A DNA stretch of 64,000 bases from an uncultured Actinomycetes bacterium (GCA_937927875.1 CALEYV010000107.1:178-64177); one strand, 5' to 3'; counted from the first letter of the stretch, positions 28,462-37,953 are shown. Numbers and translations are program-made. Notes: a model not told the origin generated them from the letters alone.

Positions 28462-29913
28462 TCAGACGTCGAGCGCCGACAGCTCCGGGATCCAGGACCG
28501 AGCCCGCTCGACCGCGGCCTGCCAGCGATCGCGGTCGAGGTGACGAGCGGGCTCGATCCGCTGGTCCGGCGACCAGGTGGCCGCGATCGCGTCGTCGTCG
28601 GCCCACACGCCGACTGCCAGGCCGGCCGCGAATGCGGCGCCGAGCGCGGTGGCCTCCCGCACCGGTGAGACCTCGACCGGCCGCTGGCTGGCGTCGGCGA
28701 GGGCCTGCAGGAACGTCGGGTTGGCGCTCATGCCGCCGTCGACGCGCAGCACGTCGATCGGCCGTCCGGCGTCGGCAACGGCGGCCTCGACAAGGTCGGC
28801 GCCCTGGTGCGCCACGCCCTCGAGGACGGCGCGCACCACCTGGGCTGCCGTCGTGCCCCGCGTGAGGCCGAGGAGCGCGCCCCGGGCGCCGTAGTCCCAC
28901 GATGGCGTCCCGAGGCCCAGGAGCGCGGGGACGAACCACACGTCACCGCTGTCCTCGGCTCGTGCCGCCACGTCGTGCGACGCCGCCTCGTCCGGGATGA
29001 GCTCGAGGTCGGCGCGCAGCCACTCGACGCTGGTGCCGGCCGCGAACATGATCGCCTCGAGCCCCCAGGTGTCTCGACCCGCCACCCGGCGGGTCACGAT
29101 CGGGAACGTGCCGGCCGGCCCACGCGCGAAGTCGGGCCGGTCGGGGCCCAGCACGACGTCGAGCATCCCGCCGGTGCCGAAGGTGATCTTCGCGTCGCCT
29201 GGGCGCACGCACGCCTGGCCGAGGAGCGACGCTTGCTGGTCGCCGAGGATCCCGGCGATCGGCGGCGCGCCCGGCACCGCGTCGGCCGGCCCGACGACGC
29301 CCGTCGAGTCGACGACCTCCGGCAGCACCCCGGCCGGGATGCGCAGCGACTCGCGCGCAGCCGCCGACCAGCCGTCGCCGGTCCGGTCGAGCAGGCCGGT
29401 GACGTGAGCGTTCGTGCCGTCGGTGACGTGCAGGCGGTGATCCGACAGGGTCCAGGCCAGCCAGCTGTCGACGGTCCCGAAGCACAGGTCCCGGTTGCGC
29501 TCCGGGTCCACCGCGTCGAGGAGCACCTCGAGCTTCGTCGCCGACTGGTTCGGCCCCACCCGCCAGCCGGTCGCCGCCAGCTCCAGGCATCGGCCGACGG
29601 TGCGCACGTCCTGCCAGCCGATGGCCGGCGCCACGGGGTCTCCGGTGGCCCGCTCCCAGAGCACCGTCGAGCTGCGCTGGTTCGCGATGCCGACCGCGGC
29701 CACCGGACCGTGGTCGGCGACGAGCGCCCGCGCCAGGTCCAGCACGGCGTCGGCGAGCGCGGCGGCGTCGAACTCGACGAGCCCCGGGGCCGGCGTCGCC
29801 GGCGGCAGGGGTCGGCGCCGCTCGGCGACGACGCGCGCCGTGGCGTCGACGATTCCGACCCGGACCGAGGAGGTGCCCGCGTCGACGACGAGCACCGGGT
29901 CGTGCTCGGTCAC
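28462..29913 (-). CDS. FGGY-family carbohydrate kinase (glycerol-kinase-like)
   Basis: 483 aa. VVDAGTSSVR, GIANQRSSTVLWE, GDQQASLLGQ, TFGTGGM, RVDGGMSANP. Confidence 0.85.
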   Translation of the reverse strand: MTEHDPVLVVDAGTSSVRVGIVDATARVVAERRRPLPPATPAPGLVEFDAAALADAVLDLARALVADHGPVAAVGIANQRSSTVLWERATGDPVAPAIGWQDVRTVGRCLELAATGWRVGPNQSATKLEVLLDAVDPERNRDLCFGTVDSWLAWTLSDHRLHVTDGTNAHVTGLLDRTGDGWSAAARESLRIPAGVLPEVVDSTGVVGPADAVPGAPPIAGILGDQQASLLGQACVRPGDAKITFGTGGMLDVVLGPDRPDFARGPAGTFPIVTRRVAGRDTWGLEAIMFAAGTSVEWLRADLELIPDEAASHDVAARAEDSGDVWFVPALLGLGTPSWDYGARGALLGLTRGTTAAQVVRAVLEGVAHQGADLVEAAVADAGRPIDVLRVDGGMSANPTFLQALADASQRPVEVSPVREATALGAAFAAGLAVGVWADDDAIAATWSPDQRIEPARHLDRDRWQAAVERARSWIPELSALDV

Positions 29914-29920
29914 CGGCGGC

Positions 29921-31426
29921 TCACGGCCACGCCGGTGAGGGCCCGAACGGGGACGGCAGGCCGAGCTTGCCCGGGTTCAGGATGCCGTGCGGGTCGAGGG
30001 CGTGTTTCACCGCCGCCAGCACGTCGAAGCCGGCGCCGAGCGCCTCGGCGACGAACCGGGCCCGGTTCAAGCCGACCCCGTGGTGGTGGCTCAGCGCACC
30101 GCCGCCCGCGACGACGGCGCGCGTCGCGGCGTCCCACGCCGCCCGGTAGTAGTCCTCGCGGCCATCGGACGCGGGCTGGCCGGCGAACGTGAAGTAGAGG
30201 CAGGCGCCGTCGGGGTAGGAGTGGGACTGGTGCGCGGAGGCGGCGAGCGTGCCGTCGACGCGCTGGAGGGCGGCGAGGGCGGCGTCGTAGATGCCGGGCA
30301 GGTCGCGCCAGCGGGCCGCGATCTCCATCGTGTCGACCACGTAGCCGCGGCTGATCAGCGCCTCGAGCGCGCTGACGTCGTTGCGGTGCTCGAGCCACTG
30401 GGCGACGAGCGCCGGGTCCAGCACCGCCGCCGCCCGGCACTCCTCGGCGACCACCGCCATCACGGCGTCGACGAGCGCCGGGTCGGCCTCGTCGAGGACG
30501 AGCAGCGGGTGCACACCGGGGTCGGTCCCGAAGTTGCGGCCGCCTTCGACGTCGTCGTACAGGCGCACCACGGCGGGCGTTGCCCCGCGTTGCAGGATCC
30601 GGCGGCAGGCGTCGAGGCCGGCCGCGAACGATGGGAACCCGAACGCGGCCCGCCGCTCGGCCGGCGGCGTCGGGTGCACGCGCAAGCGCGCGCCGGTGAT
30701 CACGCCGAGGGTCCCCTCGCTGCCGACGAACAGCTGGGTGAGGTCGGGGCCGACCGCGGCGCGAGGCGCGCCACCGGTGCGGACGACCTCGCCGCTTGCG
30801 AGCACCACGTCGAGGCCGTGGACGATGTCCTCGATCTTGCCGTAGCGGGTCGAGTACTGGCCGGCGCTGCGGCATGCCAGCCAGCCGCCAACCGTGGACA
30901 GCTCGACCGACTGCGGCCAGTGGCCGATCGTGACGCCGTGGTCGGACCGCAGCTCGTCCTCGAGGACGTCGCCGAACGTGCCCGCCCGCACGTCGAGCAC
31001 CATCGAGTCCCGGTCGACGCTGACGATGCCGGTGAGCCCGCACAGGTCGAGGACCACGCCGCCGTGCACGGGCACGCTCCCGCCGCAGACGCCGCTGCGG
31101 CCGGCGGCCGGCGTGACGGGCAGGCGCGCCTCGCCGCAGATGGCGAGCACGGCCCGGACCTCCTCGACCGTCGTCGGGCGACAGACGACGGTCGCGAGCG
31201 CGGGCACCTGGGCTTCCAGCGCCCACACCATGGCCAGCGGCCACCAGTCGCGGCTCGCCTCGCCCCGCGCCGCGAGGTCGGTGTCGACGGTCGCGCACGC
31301 GCCGCGCAGGCGGTCGAACACCGGCGGCGGTACCTCGACGGCCGGCGCGGCGAGGTGCGCGGTCACGCCGTCCCCGGCGCCGAACGCGATCGGGGGCGTC
31401 GGTGCCCCGCGTCGGGCCTCGGGCAC
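29921..31426 (-). CDS. FAD-linked oxidase, alkyl-DHAP-synthase-like
   Basis: I prefer the GTG at 31426, 14 nt after the glpD stop. The ATG at 31507 would overlap glpD by 67 nt. PAAGRSGVCGGSVP, GGWLACRSAGQYSTRYGKIEDIV, GSEGTLGVIT. Confidence 0.85.
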   Translation of the reverse strand: MPEARRGAPTPPIAFGAGDGVTAHLAAPAVEVPPPVFDRLRGACATVDTDLAARGEASRDWWPLAMVWALEAQVPALATVVCRPTTVEEVRAVLAICGEARLPVTPAAGRSGVCGGSVPVHGGVVLDLCGLTGIVSVDRDSMVLDVRAGTFGDVLEDELRSDHGVTIGHWPQSVELSTVGGWLACRSAGQYSTRYGKIEDIVHGLDVVLASGEVVRTGGAPRAAVGPDLTQLFVGSEGTLGVITGARLRVHPTPPAERRAAFGFPSFAAGLDACRRILQRGATPAVVRLYDDVEGGRNFGTDPGVHPLLVLDEADPALVDAVMAVVAEECRAAAVLDPALVAQWLEHRNDVSALEALISRGYVVDTMEIAARWRDLPGIYDAALAALQRVDGTLAASAHQSHSYPDGACLYFTFAGQPASDGREDYYRAAWDAATRAVVAGGGALSHHHGVGLNRARFVAEALGAGFDVLAAVKHALDPHGILNPGKLGLPSPFGPSPAWP

Positions 31427-31440
31427 GGCGAGCGCCGGCC

Positions 31441-33090
31441 CTACGCGCCGAGGGAGGCGTCGAGCGCGGTCTCGGGCAGCTCGGCCGCCGCGCGCTCCCG
31501 GTCGCACGCGGCGCGGAACGCCTCGACCTCCCGGGCGACGGTGGCGTCGTCCCAGCCGAGATCGGGCGCGATGAGCCGCGCCACGTCCTCCGCCGCGTTC
31601 CGCGTCGCGTCGCGGGCCAGCAGGCGGGCCCGGGTTCGGCGGGTCAGGACGTCGTCGAGGGTGCGCGCCATCTCGTGGCGCACCGCGTACACGGCCTCGG
31701 CCCGCAGGTAGGGCAGGCCGGGCACGAGCGGGGCCCGGAGGCCCGGCTCGTCGCGGAGGAGCTGGAGCACGAACTCGGCCTCGGTCCCGTACCGGTAGGC
31801 GAGGTGCTCGTGCCGGCTCGGCTCGTCGCCGGCGGGCGGCGGCACGAACCCGTCCGAGCCGAGCAGGCCCAGCCGTGACGTGCGGCTGTGCCCGCGTCGC
31901 CGCAGCAGCCGCGCCGCCTGGTCGATGCTGTCGGCGGCCATCCGGCGGTACGTCGTGAGCTTCCCGCCCGTGACCGTGATCACCCCGCTCGGCGACACCC
32001 GCACGCCGTGCCGGCGGGACAGGTCGGCGGTCCGGGCGCTGCTGGCGGCCCGGAGCAGCGGGCGGACCCCGGCCCAGGTCCCGGTCACGTCACCGACCGC
32101 GACCGGCCGGTCCAGGGCCCGGTTCAGCGCGCCCAGCAGGTACTCGACGTCGGCCGGGGTGCATTGGGGGTCGTCGATCGAGCCGTCGTAGTCGGTGTCG
32201 GTCGTGCCGACGTAGGTGAAGTCCCCCCAGGGCACGACGAACACCGAGCGGCGGTCCTTCGGCACCGGCAGGATGACCGCGATCTCGTTGCGGACCTTCG
32301 ACCACGGCACCGTGAGATGCACGCCCTTGGCGGGCCGGATCGACGCCGGGTGGGAGCCCTCGTCGAGCGCCCGCACGTCGTCCGCCCAGACCCCGGTCGC
32401 GTTCACCACCACCCGGGCCCGGACGTCGAACTCCGACCCGTCGGCCCGGACCGTCACCGCCTGCACCCCGCCGTCGGGGCCCTTCGTGATGTCCGCCACC
32501 GCGGCCCGGTTGGCGACCGTCGCCCCGTGCGCAGCGGCGGTGCGGGCCAGGCAGAGCGTCAGCCGGGCGTCATCGGTGCGGGCGTCATAGAAGAGGTAGG
32601 CCGAGGCGAGGAGGTCGCCCCGCAGGCTCGGCATCAGCGCCTGGGCTCGCTCCCGGTCGACGCGCTCGTGGGTCTTGCGGATCCGTAATCCGCCCGTCAG
32701 GTCGTACATCCACAGCGCCGCCCCGAGGGCCCGTGCGACCCGGGGGTCGACGAGCCCGTCCTTGCTCAGGATCGGGATGAGGAACGGCAGGACCCGCACC
32801 AGGTGGGGGGCGTTGCGCAGCGCCCGCTGCCGCTCGGCGAGCCCCTCGTAGACGAGCGCGAACTCGCGCTGCTGCAGGTAGCGGATCCCGCCGTGCACGA
32901 GCTTCGAGGACTTCGACGAGGTGCCGGAGGCGAAGTCGTCGCGCTCGACCAGCGCAGTGCGCAGCCCCCGGGAGGCGGCGTCGAGCGCGCAGCCCGCGCC
33001 GGTGATGCCGCCGCCGACGACCAGGACGTCGAACTCCTCGTCGGCCAGTCGGCGCAGCGCTTCGACGCGGTCGAAGGCGGCGGGCGGCAC
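31441..33090 (-). CDS. glpD: Glycerol-3-phosphate dehydrogenase (FAD-dependent)
   Basis: 549 aa. DVLVVGGGITGAG, GTSSKSSKLVHGGIRYL, GGKLTTYR. Confidence 0.92.
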   Translation of the reverse strand: MPPAAFDRVEALRRLADEEFDVLVVGGGITGAGCALDAASRGLRTALVERDDFASGTSSKSSKLVHGGIRYLQQREFALVYEGLAERQRALRNAPHLVRVLPFLIPILSKDGLVDPRVARALGAALWMYDLTGGLRIRKTHERVDRERAQALMPSLRGDLLASAYLFYDARTDDARLTLCLARTAAAHGATVANRAAVADITKGPDGGVQAVTVRADGSEFDVRARVVVNATGVWADDVRALDEGSHPASIRPAKGVHLTVPWSKVRNEIAVILPVPKDRRSVFVVPWGDFTYVGTTDTDYDGSIDDPQCTPADVEYLLGALNRALDRPVAVGDVTGTWAGVRPLLRAASSARTADLSRRHGVRVSPSGVITVTGGKLTTYRRMAADSIDQAARLLRRRGHSRTSRLGLLGSDGFVPPPAGDEPSRHEHLAYRYGTEAEFVLQLLRDEPGLRAPLVPGLPYLRAEAVYAVRHEMARTLDDVLTRRTRARLLARDATRNAAEDVARLIAPDLGWDDATVAREVEAFRAACDRERAAAELPETALDASLGA

Positions 33091-33131
33091 GGGGTCAGGC
33101 TATCGGCGGGTCGGGCGCCCGCCCCGGGGGG

Positions 33132-33479
33132 TCAGGCGACGGTGCCGGCGTCGCCGCAGTCGGTCACGACCGGCAGGCCGGCCGAGGCCCAGGCGAGCAG
33201 CCCGCCGCTCAGGTTGGCGGCGTCGTACCCGGCCCGGCGCAGCGCGACCGTCACCCGCCCCGACCGCTCGCCGCTGCGGCACACGACCACGATCGGACGG
33301 TCGGCGGGGAGCTCGGCCTGGCGGCCGCCCAGCTCCCGCATCGGGATCCAGGTCGCCTCGGGCGCATGGCCCGCCGACCACTCGTCCGGCTCCCGCACGT
33401 CGAGGAGCAGGGCCCCCGACTCGACGCGCTGGCTGGCCTCGGCGGGGTCGACCATCGCCAGATCCGCGGCTCCGCTCAC
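33132..33479 (-). CDS. Rhodanese-like domain protein
   Basis: Active-site loop VVVCRSGERSG, LLDVREPDEW. Start ambiguous: GTG 33479, ATG 33455 or ATG 33515. Confidence 0.8.
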   Translation of the reverse strand: MSGAADLAMVDPAEASQRVESGALLLDVREPDEWSAGHAPEATWIPMRELGGRQAELPADRPIVVVCRSGERSGRVTVALRRAGYDAANLSGGLLAWASAGLPVVTDCGDAGTVA

Positions 33480-33636
33480 CGGCCCAGCCTTCCACGCCGG
33501 TTGGCCGCCCCGCACCGTCGGGGCGGCGCTCCGGCGCCCGCGCCCGCGGCTGCGATTTCGGCGGCCGGCTCAAGTTTCGCGACGCCGTCGCCGATGCCAT
33601 TGGTGGCGGCGGGGCGAAGCATCGCAAAGGACGGCG

Positions 33637-34437
33637 ATGAGGAGCTCCGTGGGCAAGCAGCGACGGAACCGGCGGGCTTGCGGCAAGGACGGCGCGAGCC
33701 ACCGGTTCCTCGCCGCGCTCGCAGCCGCGGCCGTGACGGCGTTCCTCATCGCCGGTCCCGTAGCGGCCATGGCGGCGGCTTGGTCCGGGAGCACCAAACC
33801 CGCCCTGACGCACCACCACCCCGACGGCGGCGGCCAGGCCAGCTCGTCGGCCGGGAACCAGGGCGACCAGGGATCCGGTGACCGTGGCCACGCCGACGCC
33901 GGTCGAGGCCGGGGCGATGACAGCGGGCGAGGCGACGGCAGCCACCACCAGCGCGCGCACGACGACGCGCAGGGCGGCCAGCAGAGCTCGGGGGCCTCGA
34001 CGCCGGTGACGACGCCGCAGCTGCCCGTGCCGCCGACGCTGCCCTCGAGCCCCGTCCCCGGCAACCTCCTGCCGGCCGCACCCGGCTCGGCGACCGCGAC
34101 CGCGGCCGCGACGCCGGGCGCCGTCCCGTCCCCGGCGAGCCGCCCGCGCGTGGTCGGCACCCGCACCGGCACCCCCGCCGCCGGCGCGGCGAGCGGCGCC
34201 CTCGCTGCCGGCGGACTCCCGGCCGCGGCCCCGACCCCGCCTCGTGACCTGTTCCCGACCCCGGGCGCGCCCAAGGGCGTCGGCGGCGCGCTGCAGACCG
34301 CCCGCTCGTACTCGCTGCTGCTCGCCCTCGCCGCGGCAGTGGTCGTCTTCCTCGCCGTGCAGGGGCGGCTCGGCCGGCGCGACCCCCGGATCTCCGCACC
34401 GCTGCGCGACGAGCTCGACTTCGAGGACTTCGAGTGA
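33637..34437 (+). CDS. Low-complexity His/Asp/Gly- and Pro/Ala-rich protein with N- and C-terminal TM helices
   Basis: ATG at 33637 with an AAGGA RBS. TM1 FLAALAAAAVTAFLIAGPVAAMAAA and TM2 LLLALAAAVVVFLAV. Stop overlaps the start of the GGDEF gene (GTGA). Confidence 0.55.
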   Translation: MRSSVGKQRRNRRACGKDGASHRFLAALAAAAVTAFLIAGPVAAMAAAWSGSTKPALTHHHPDGGGQASSSAGNQGDQGSGDRGHADAGRGRGDDSGRGDGSHHQRAHDDAQGGQQSSGASTPVTTPQLPVPPTLPSSPVPGNLLPAAPGSATATAAATPGAVPSPASRPRVVGTRTGTPAAGAASGALAAGGLPAAAPTPPRDLFPTPGAPKGVGGALQTARSYSLLLALAAAVVVFLAVQGRLGRRDPRISAPLRDELDFEDFE

Positions 34438-35924
34438 CCAGCGTCGGCCCGGCGCAGACGCCGGTCCACGACCGCCTCGAGATGCTGCAGGTGGTGCGGG
34501 TGACGCTCGCTGCGTTCGTCGCCGCGCTCCCGCCCCTGGTCGGGACCCGGGGCGCCCCGCTCGCGCTGCCGCTCGCCTACCTCGCCGTCGTCGGCTGCGC
34601 CGAGCTGGCCCGCCGCCAGGTGGCCCGGCTCGGGCCCGCCCTCCTCTCGGCCATGGTCATGGTCGACGGCGCGTTCCTGGCCGCCGCCGTCCTGCTCACC
34701 GGCGGCAGCTCGAGCCCGCTGCTGTTCCTCGCCTTCCTCGAGGTGGTCGCGGTGACGCTCCTCGCGTCACCCCTGACCGGGCTCCGCCTGGCGGTCTGGT
34801 GCGCGCTCCTCCTCTTCTTCGGGCGCGAGGCGGCGACCGTCGGGGTGATCTCGATCCGGAGCATCGGTGACGACCGCACCGCCGCCCTCAGCGGCGCCGC
34901 CTTCCTGCTCTTCGCGGTGGGCGCCGCCGTGTTCCAAGCCGTGAACGAGCGCGCCCTCCGCGACACCGGCTCGGAGCTGAGCGCCCTCGTCCGGCTGGGC
35001 GGGGCGCTGGAGCGAGCGCGGGGACCGGACGAGGTGGTCGAGGTGCTCGTCGGCTTCCTCCGTACCCAGCTCGGGTTCGCGCGGGTCCTCGTGCTCGTCC
35101 GCGGTGAGGACGGCTGGGTCACGGCGGGCGACGCCCGCACCGCCGGCGCCCAGACCGGGCCCCTCGGCCGGATCGGCAGCGCGGTGCTCGACGACGGCCG
35201 GGCCCGGCTCGTCCGGAGGCTCGACGGCGGGCTGCTCGCCGAGGAGCTCCCGGACGCCCGCAACGTGGTTGTCGCCCAGCTCTTCGGCGACGACGAGCCG
35301 CTCGGGCTCGTGGCGGCCGAGTGGTCGGGCGGTGGCAGCACCCGCATCTCGGGCCTGACCGTCTCCTCGCTGAAGCAGTCGGTGTCCCAGGCCGCGCTCA
35401 CGCTCCGCAACGCGCGACTGCTGCACGACGTCGAGTACCTCGCCACCCGCGACGAGCTCACCGGGCTCGCCAACCGCCGGCTCTTCGAGGAGACCCTCGC
35501 CCTCGAGATCGGCCGCCACCGGCGGACCGGCGCGCCACTCACCGTCGTGGCGCTCGACGTCGACCACTTCAAGGTCGTCAACGACGAGTTCGGCCATCCG
35601 GCGGGTGACGCGGTGCTCCGCGCCATCGGAGCTGCCCTCCGCGGGGGGACGAAGGCCTACGACCTGCCCTCGCGCTACGGCGGGGACGAGTTCCTCGTCC
35701 TCCTCCCCGGGTGCGCGGCCGCCGACGCGCCCGGCGTCGCCGAGCGGCTCCGCCGGGTCGCGGCCGAGGCCACCGAGCCGACCCCGGTGACCATGAGCGC
35801 CGGCACGGCCACCATCCCCGACGACGCCGGGGACGGCGAGTCGCTGGTGGCCGCGGCGGACGCCGCCCTCTACGAGGCGAAGCGGGCCGGCCGCGACCGC
35901 GTGGGGACCGCCGCGGCGCGCTGA
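34434..35924 (+). CDS. Membrane-bound diguanylate cyclase (GGDEF)
   Basis: 496 aa. About 5 N-terminal TM helices, a GAF-like middle region, then DELTGLANRR, VDHFKVVND, RYGGDEFLVLL. Confidence 0.88.
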   Translation: MTSVGPAQTPVHDRLEMLQVVRVTLAAFVAALPPLVGTRGAPLALPLAYLAVVGCAELARRQVARLGPALLSAMVMVDGAFLAAAVLLTGGSSSPLLFLAFLEVVAVTLLASPLTGLRLAVWCALLLFFGREAATVGVISIRSIGDDRTAALSGAAFLLFAVGAAVFQAVNERALRDTGSELSALVRLGGALERARGPDEVVEVLVGFLRTQLGFARVLVLVRGEDGWVTAGDARTAGAQTGPLGRIGSAVLDDGRARLVRRLDGGLLAEELPDARNVVVAQLFGDDEPLGLVAAEWSGGGSTRISGLTVSSLKQSVSQAALTLRNARLLHDVEYLATRDELTGLANRRLFEETLALEIGRHRRTGAPLTVVALDVDHFKVVNDEFGHPAGDAVLRAIGAALRGGTKAYDLPSRYGGDEFLVLLPGCAAADAPGVAERLRRVAAEATEPTPVTMSAGTATIPDDAGDGESLVAAADAALYEAKRAGRDRVGTAAAR

Positions 35925-35986
35925 GCCATCCCCTCGGGCGGGCCGGGAGCGTCGCCGGCGTCGAGGCGCGCGAGGCTGACCCGCGA

Positions 35987-37525
35987 ATGGCCGAGAACTT
36001 CGCCGCGATCGCCGGCCGTAAGCCCGACGCGGCGGCACTCGTCGACGAGGCGCGGACCCGCACCTGGGCCGAGCTCGACGACCGGGTCAACCGGCTCATC
36101 CACGCCCTGCGCGGCCTCGGGCTCGAGCTCGGGGACTGCGTGGCGGTCCTGAGCCACAACCGGGTCGAGCTCTTCGAGGCGCTGGGGGCCACCATGCACG
36201 CCGGGCTCGTCGTCGTGCCCCTGAACTGGCACTGGGTCGCGGACGAGATCGCGTATGTCCTCGCCGACGCCGGCGCACGCGCGCTCCTGGTCGACGAGGA
36301 CTTCGCCGCCGTCGCCGACGACGCGGTCGCTCGCCTGGATCACGACCTGGCGGTCATCCGGCTCGGCACCGACGAGTACGAGGCGCTGCTCGCGTCACAG
36401 CCGGCCGGCGAGCCGGACGACCAGCGGCTGGCCGGCCCGATGTTCTACACGTCCGGCACGACCGGGCGGCCGAAGGGCGTCCGCAACGCGCTGACCAGCG
36501 CCGGGATGCCGGCGTCGGTCTGGCAGCTCATGACCGCCGGCGCGGTCGACAACCTCGGGCTGCCCACCGACGGCGTCACGCTGCTCTGCGGCCCCGCCTA
36601 CCACTCGGCGCAGTGGGCGTTCGCGATGTTCCCGCTGCTGGCCGGCGGCACCGTCGTCATGCGGCGCCGCTTCGACCCCGCCGAGACGCTCGAGCTCATC
36701 GACCGCTACCACGTCACCAACGTGCACTTCGTGCCGACCCAGCTGGTCCGGCTGCTGCGGCTGCCCGACGAGGTCCGGGCGGGCTTCTCGGGCGAGAGCC
36801 TCCAGGTCGTGTACCACGGCGCCGCGCCGTGCCCGCCCGAGGTGAAGCGGCGGATGATCGAGTGGTGGGGCCCGAAGCTCGTCGAGTACTACGGCGGCAC
36901 CGAGGGGGCGATGCTCGCCACCATCACCGCCGAGGAGTGGCTGGCCCACCCCACCAGCGTCGGGAAGCCGTGGCCGATCGTTGAGGTGCTGGTGCTGCGC
37001 GACGACGGCAGCCGCTGCGAGGTCGGCGAGACCGGCACCCTCTACGTCCGCAACCTGCTCGGCATGGACTTCGAGTACCACCGCGACCCCGACAAGACGG
37101 CCGCCGCCCACCACGAGCCGGGCGTGTTCACCCTCGGCGACGTCGGGCACCTCGACGACGAGGGCTACCTGCACCTGTCCGACCGGCGCATCGACCTGAT
37201 CATCGTCGGCGGCGTGAACATCTACCCGGCCGAGATCGAGGGCGTGCTGCAGGGCCACCCGGCGGTGCGCGACGTGGCGGTGTTCGGCGTCCCCCACGAG
37301 GAGTACGGGGAGGAGGTCAAGGCCGCGGTGGAGCTCGAGGACGGCGCCGAGGCCTCCGACGCGCTCGCCGCCGAGCTGCAGGCGTTCTGTCGCGAGCGCC
37401 TCGCCGGCTACAAGGTGCCGCGGTCGATCGACTTCGAGGACGCGCTGCCGCGCCACCCCACCGGCAAGCTGTACAAGCGGCTGCTGCGCGACCGCTACTG
37501 GGAGGGGACCGGCCGCCGGATCTGA
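35987..37525 (+). CDS. Acyl-CoA synthetase / AMP-dependent ligase
   Basis: ATG at 35987. AMP motif MFYTSGTTGRPKGV, YGGTEG, GDVGHLDDEGYLHLSDR, PTGKLYKR. Confidence 0.9.
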   Translation: MAENFAAIAGRKPDAAALVDEARTRTWAELDDRVNRLIHALRGLGLELGDCVAVLSHNRVELFEALGATMHAGLVVVPLNWHWVADEIAYVLADAGARALLVDEDFAAVADDAVARLDHDLAVIRLGTDEYEALLASQPAGEPDDQRLAGPMFYTSGTTGRPKGVRNALTSAGMPASVWQLMTAGAVDNLGLPTDGVTLLCGPAYHSAQWAFAMFPLLAGGTVVMRRRFDPAETLELIDRYHVTNVHFVPTQLVRLLRLPDEVRAGFSGESLQVVYHGAAPCPPEVKRRMIEWWGPKLVEYYGGTEGAMLATITAEEWLAHPTSVGKPWPIVEVLVLRDDGSRCEVGETGTLYVRNLLGMDFEYHRDPDKTAAAHHEPGVFTLGDVGHLDDEGYLHLSDRRIDLIIVGGVNIYPAEIEGVLQGHPAVRDVAVFGVPHEEYGEEVKAAVELEDGAEASDALAAELQAFCRERLAGYKVPRSIDFEDALPRHPTGKLYKRLLRDRYWEGTGRRI

Positions 37526-37866
37526 GCGCGCGCCTCGCGGTGGCGCGCCCAGCCCAGCCCGGCTCCGGTGGCGGCCGCCGCGACGAGGACGGCCGCCGTC
37601 GACACCAGCACCAGCGCGCTGGCCGCCACCGCGCCCTCGAACCCGAGGACGGTGCTCCCGACCCCCGGCAGGCCCTCCTGGATCGACGTCGCCAGCCCAG
37701 CCGCCACCACCGCGCCGATCAGGGCGGCCACTCCCAGCGGCAGCGCGGCGGCGGCGAAGCAGGCCACGCTGACGAAGGCGAGGACGGCCGCCTGCACGCC
37801 GAGGATGACGGGCACGACCGCCGCCGACGGACGGGGCGGAGCGGGGGCGGGGAACGGGTCGGCCAT
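37495..37866 (-). CDS. Small integral membrane protein (123 aa, 3 TM)
   Basis: ATG at 37866 with a GAGGA RBS. High GC3. The 3' end overlaps the convergent ligase gene by 31 nt. Confidence 0.55.
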   Translation of the reverse strand: MADPFPAPAPPRPSAAVVPVILGVQAAVLAFVSVACFAAAALPLGVAALIGAVVAAGLATSIQEGLPGVGSTVLGFEGAVAASALVLVSTAAVLVAAAATGAGLGWARHREARAQIRRPVPSQ

Positions 37867-37953
37867 CGCGTGATCCTCGCCCTGATGGTCGACCCTGCGG
37901 ATGAAGGACGTATGAACGGTGCGTAAGTGCCCGGCTACGAGGCGCCGTAGGTT

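Noticed and set aside
25927-28668. 913-aa plus-strand ORF, the longest in the track for this region
   Set aside because: It runs antisense to four well-supported minus-strand genes (cyclase, DUF4097 repeat protein, sulfotransferase, start of the FGGY kinase). Its composition is dominated by Arg, Gly, Pro, Val and Asp, and it has no recognisable motif. This is a typical shadow ORF in GC-rich DNA.
29921-31507. ATG at 31507 as the start of the FAD-linked oxidase
   Set aside because: It would overlap the 3' end of glpD by 67 nt and add an Arg/Ala-rich, non-conserved-looking N-terminus. The GTG at 31426, 14 nt after the glpD stop, fits the operon layout better. The start remains uncertain.
33746-34399. 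217-aa and 299-aa minus-strand ORFs opposite the low-complexity protein gene
   Set aside because: They are almost pure Arg/Gly/Pro/Ala with no TM or motif. The plus-strand reading has an RBS, two clean TM helices and a coupled stop/start with the GGDEF gene. The plus-strand call itself is only moderate confidence.
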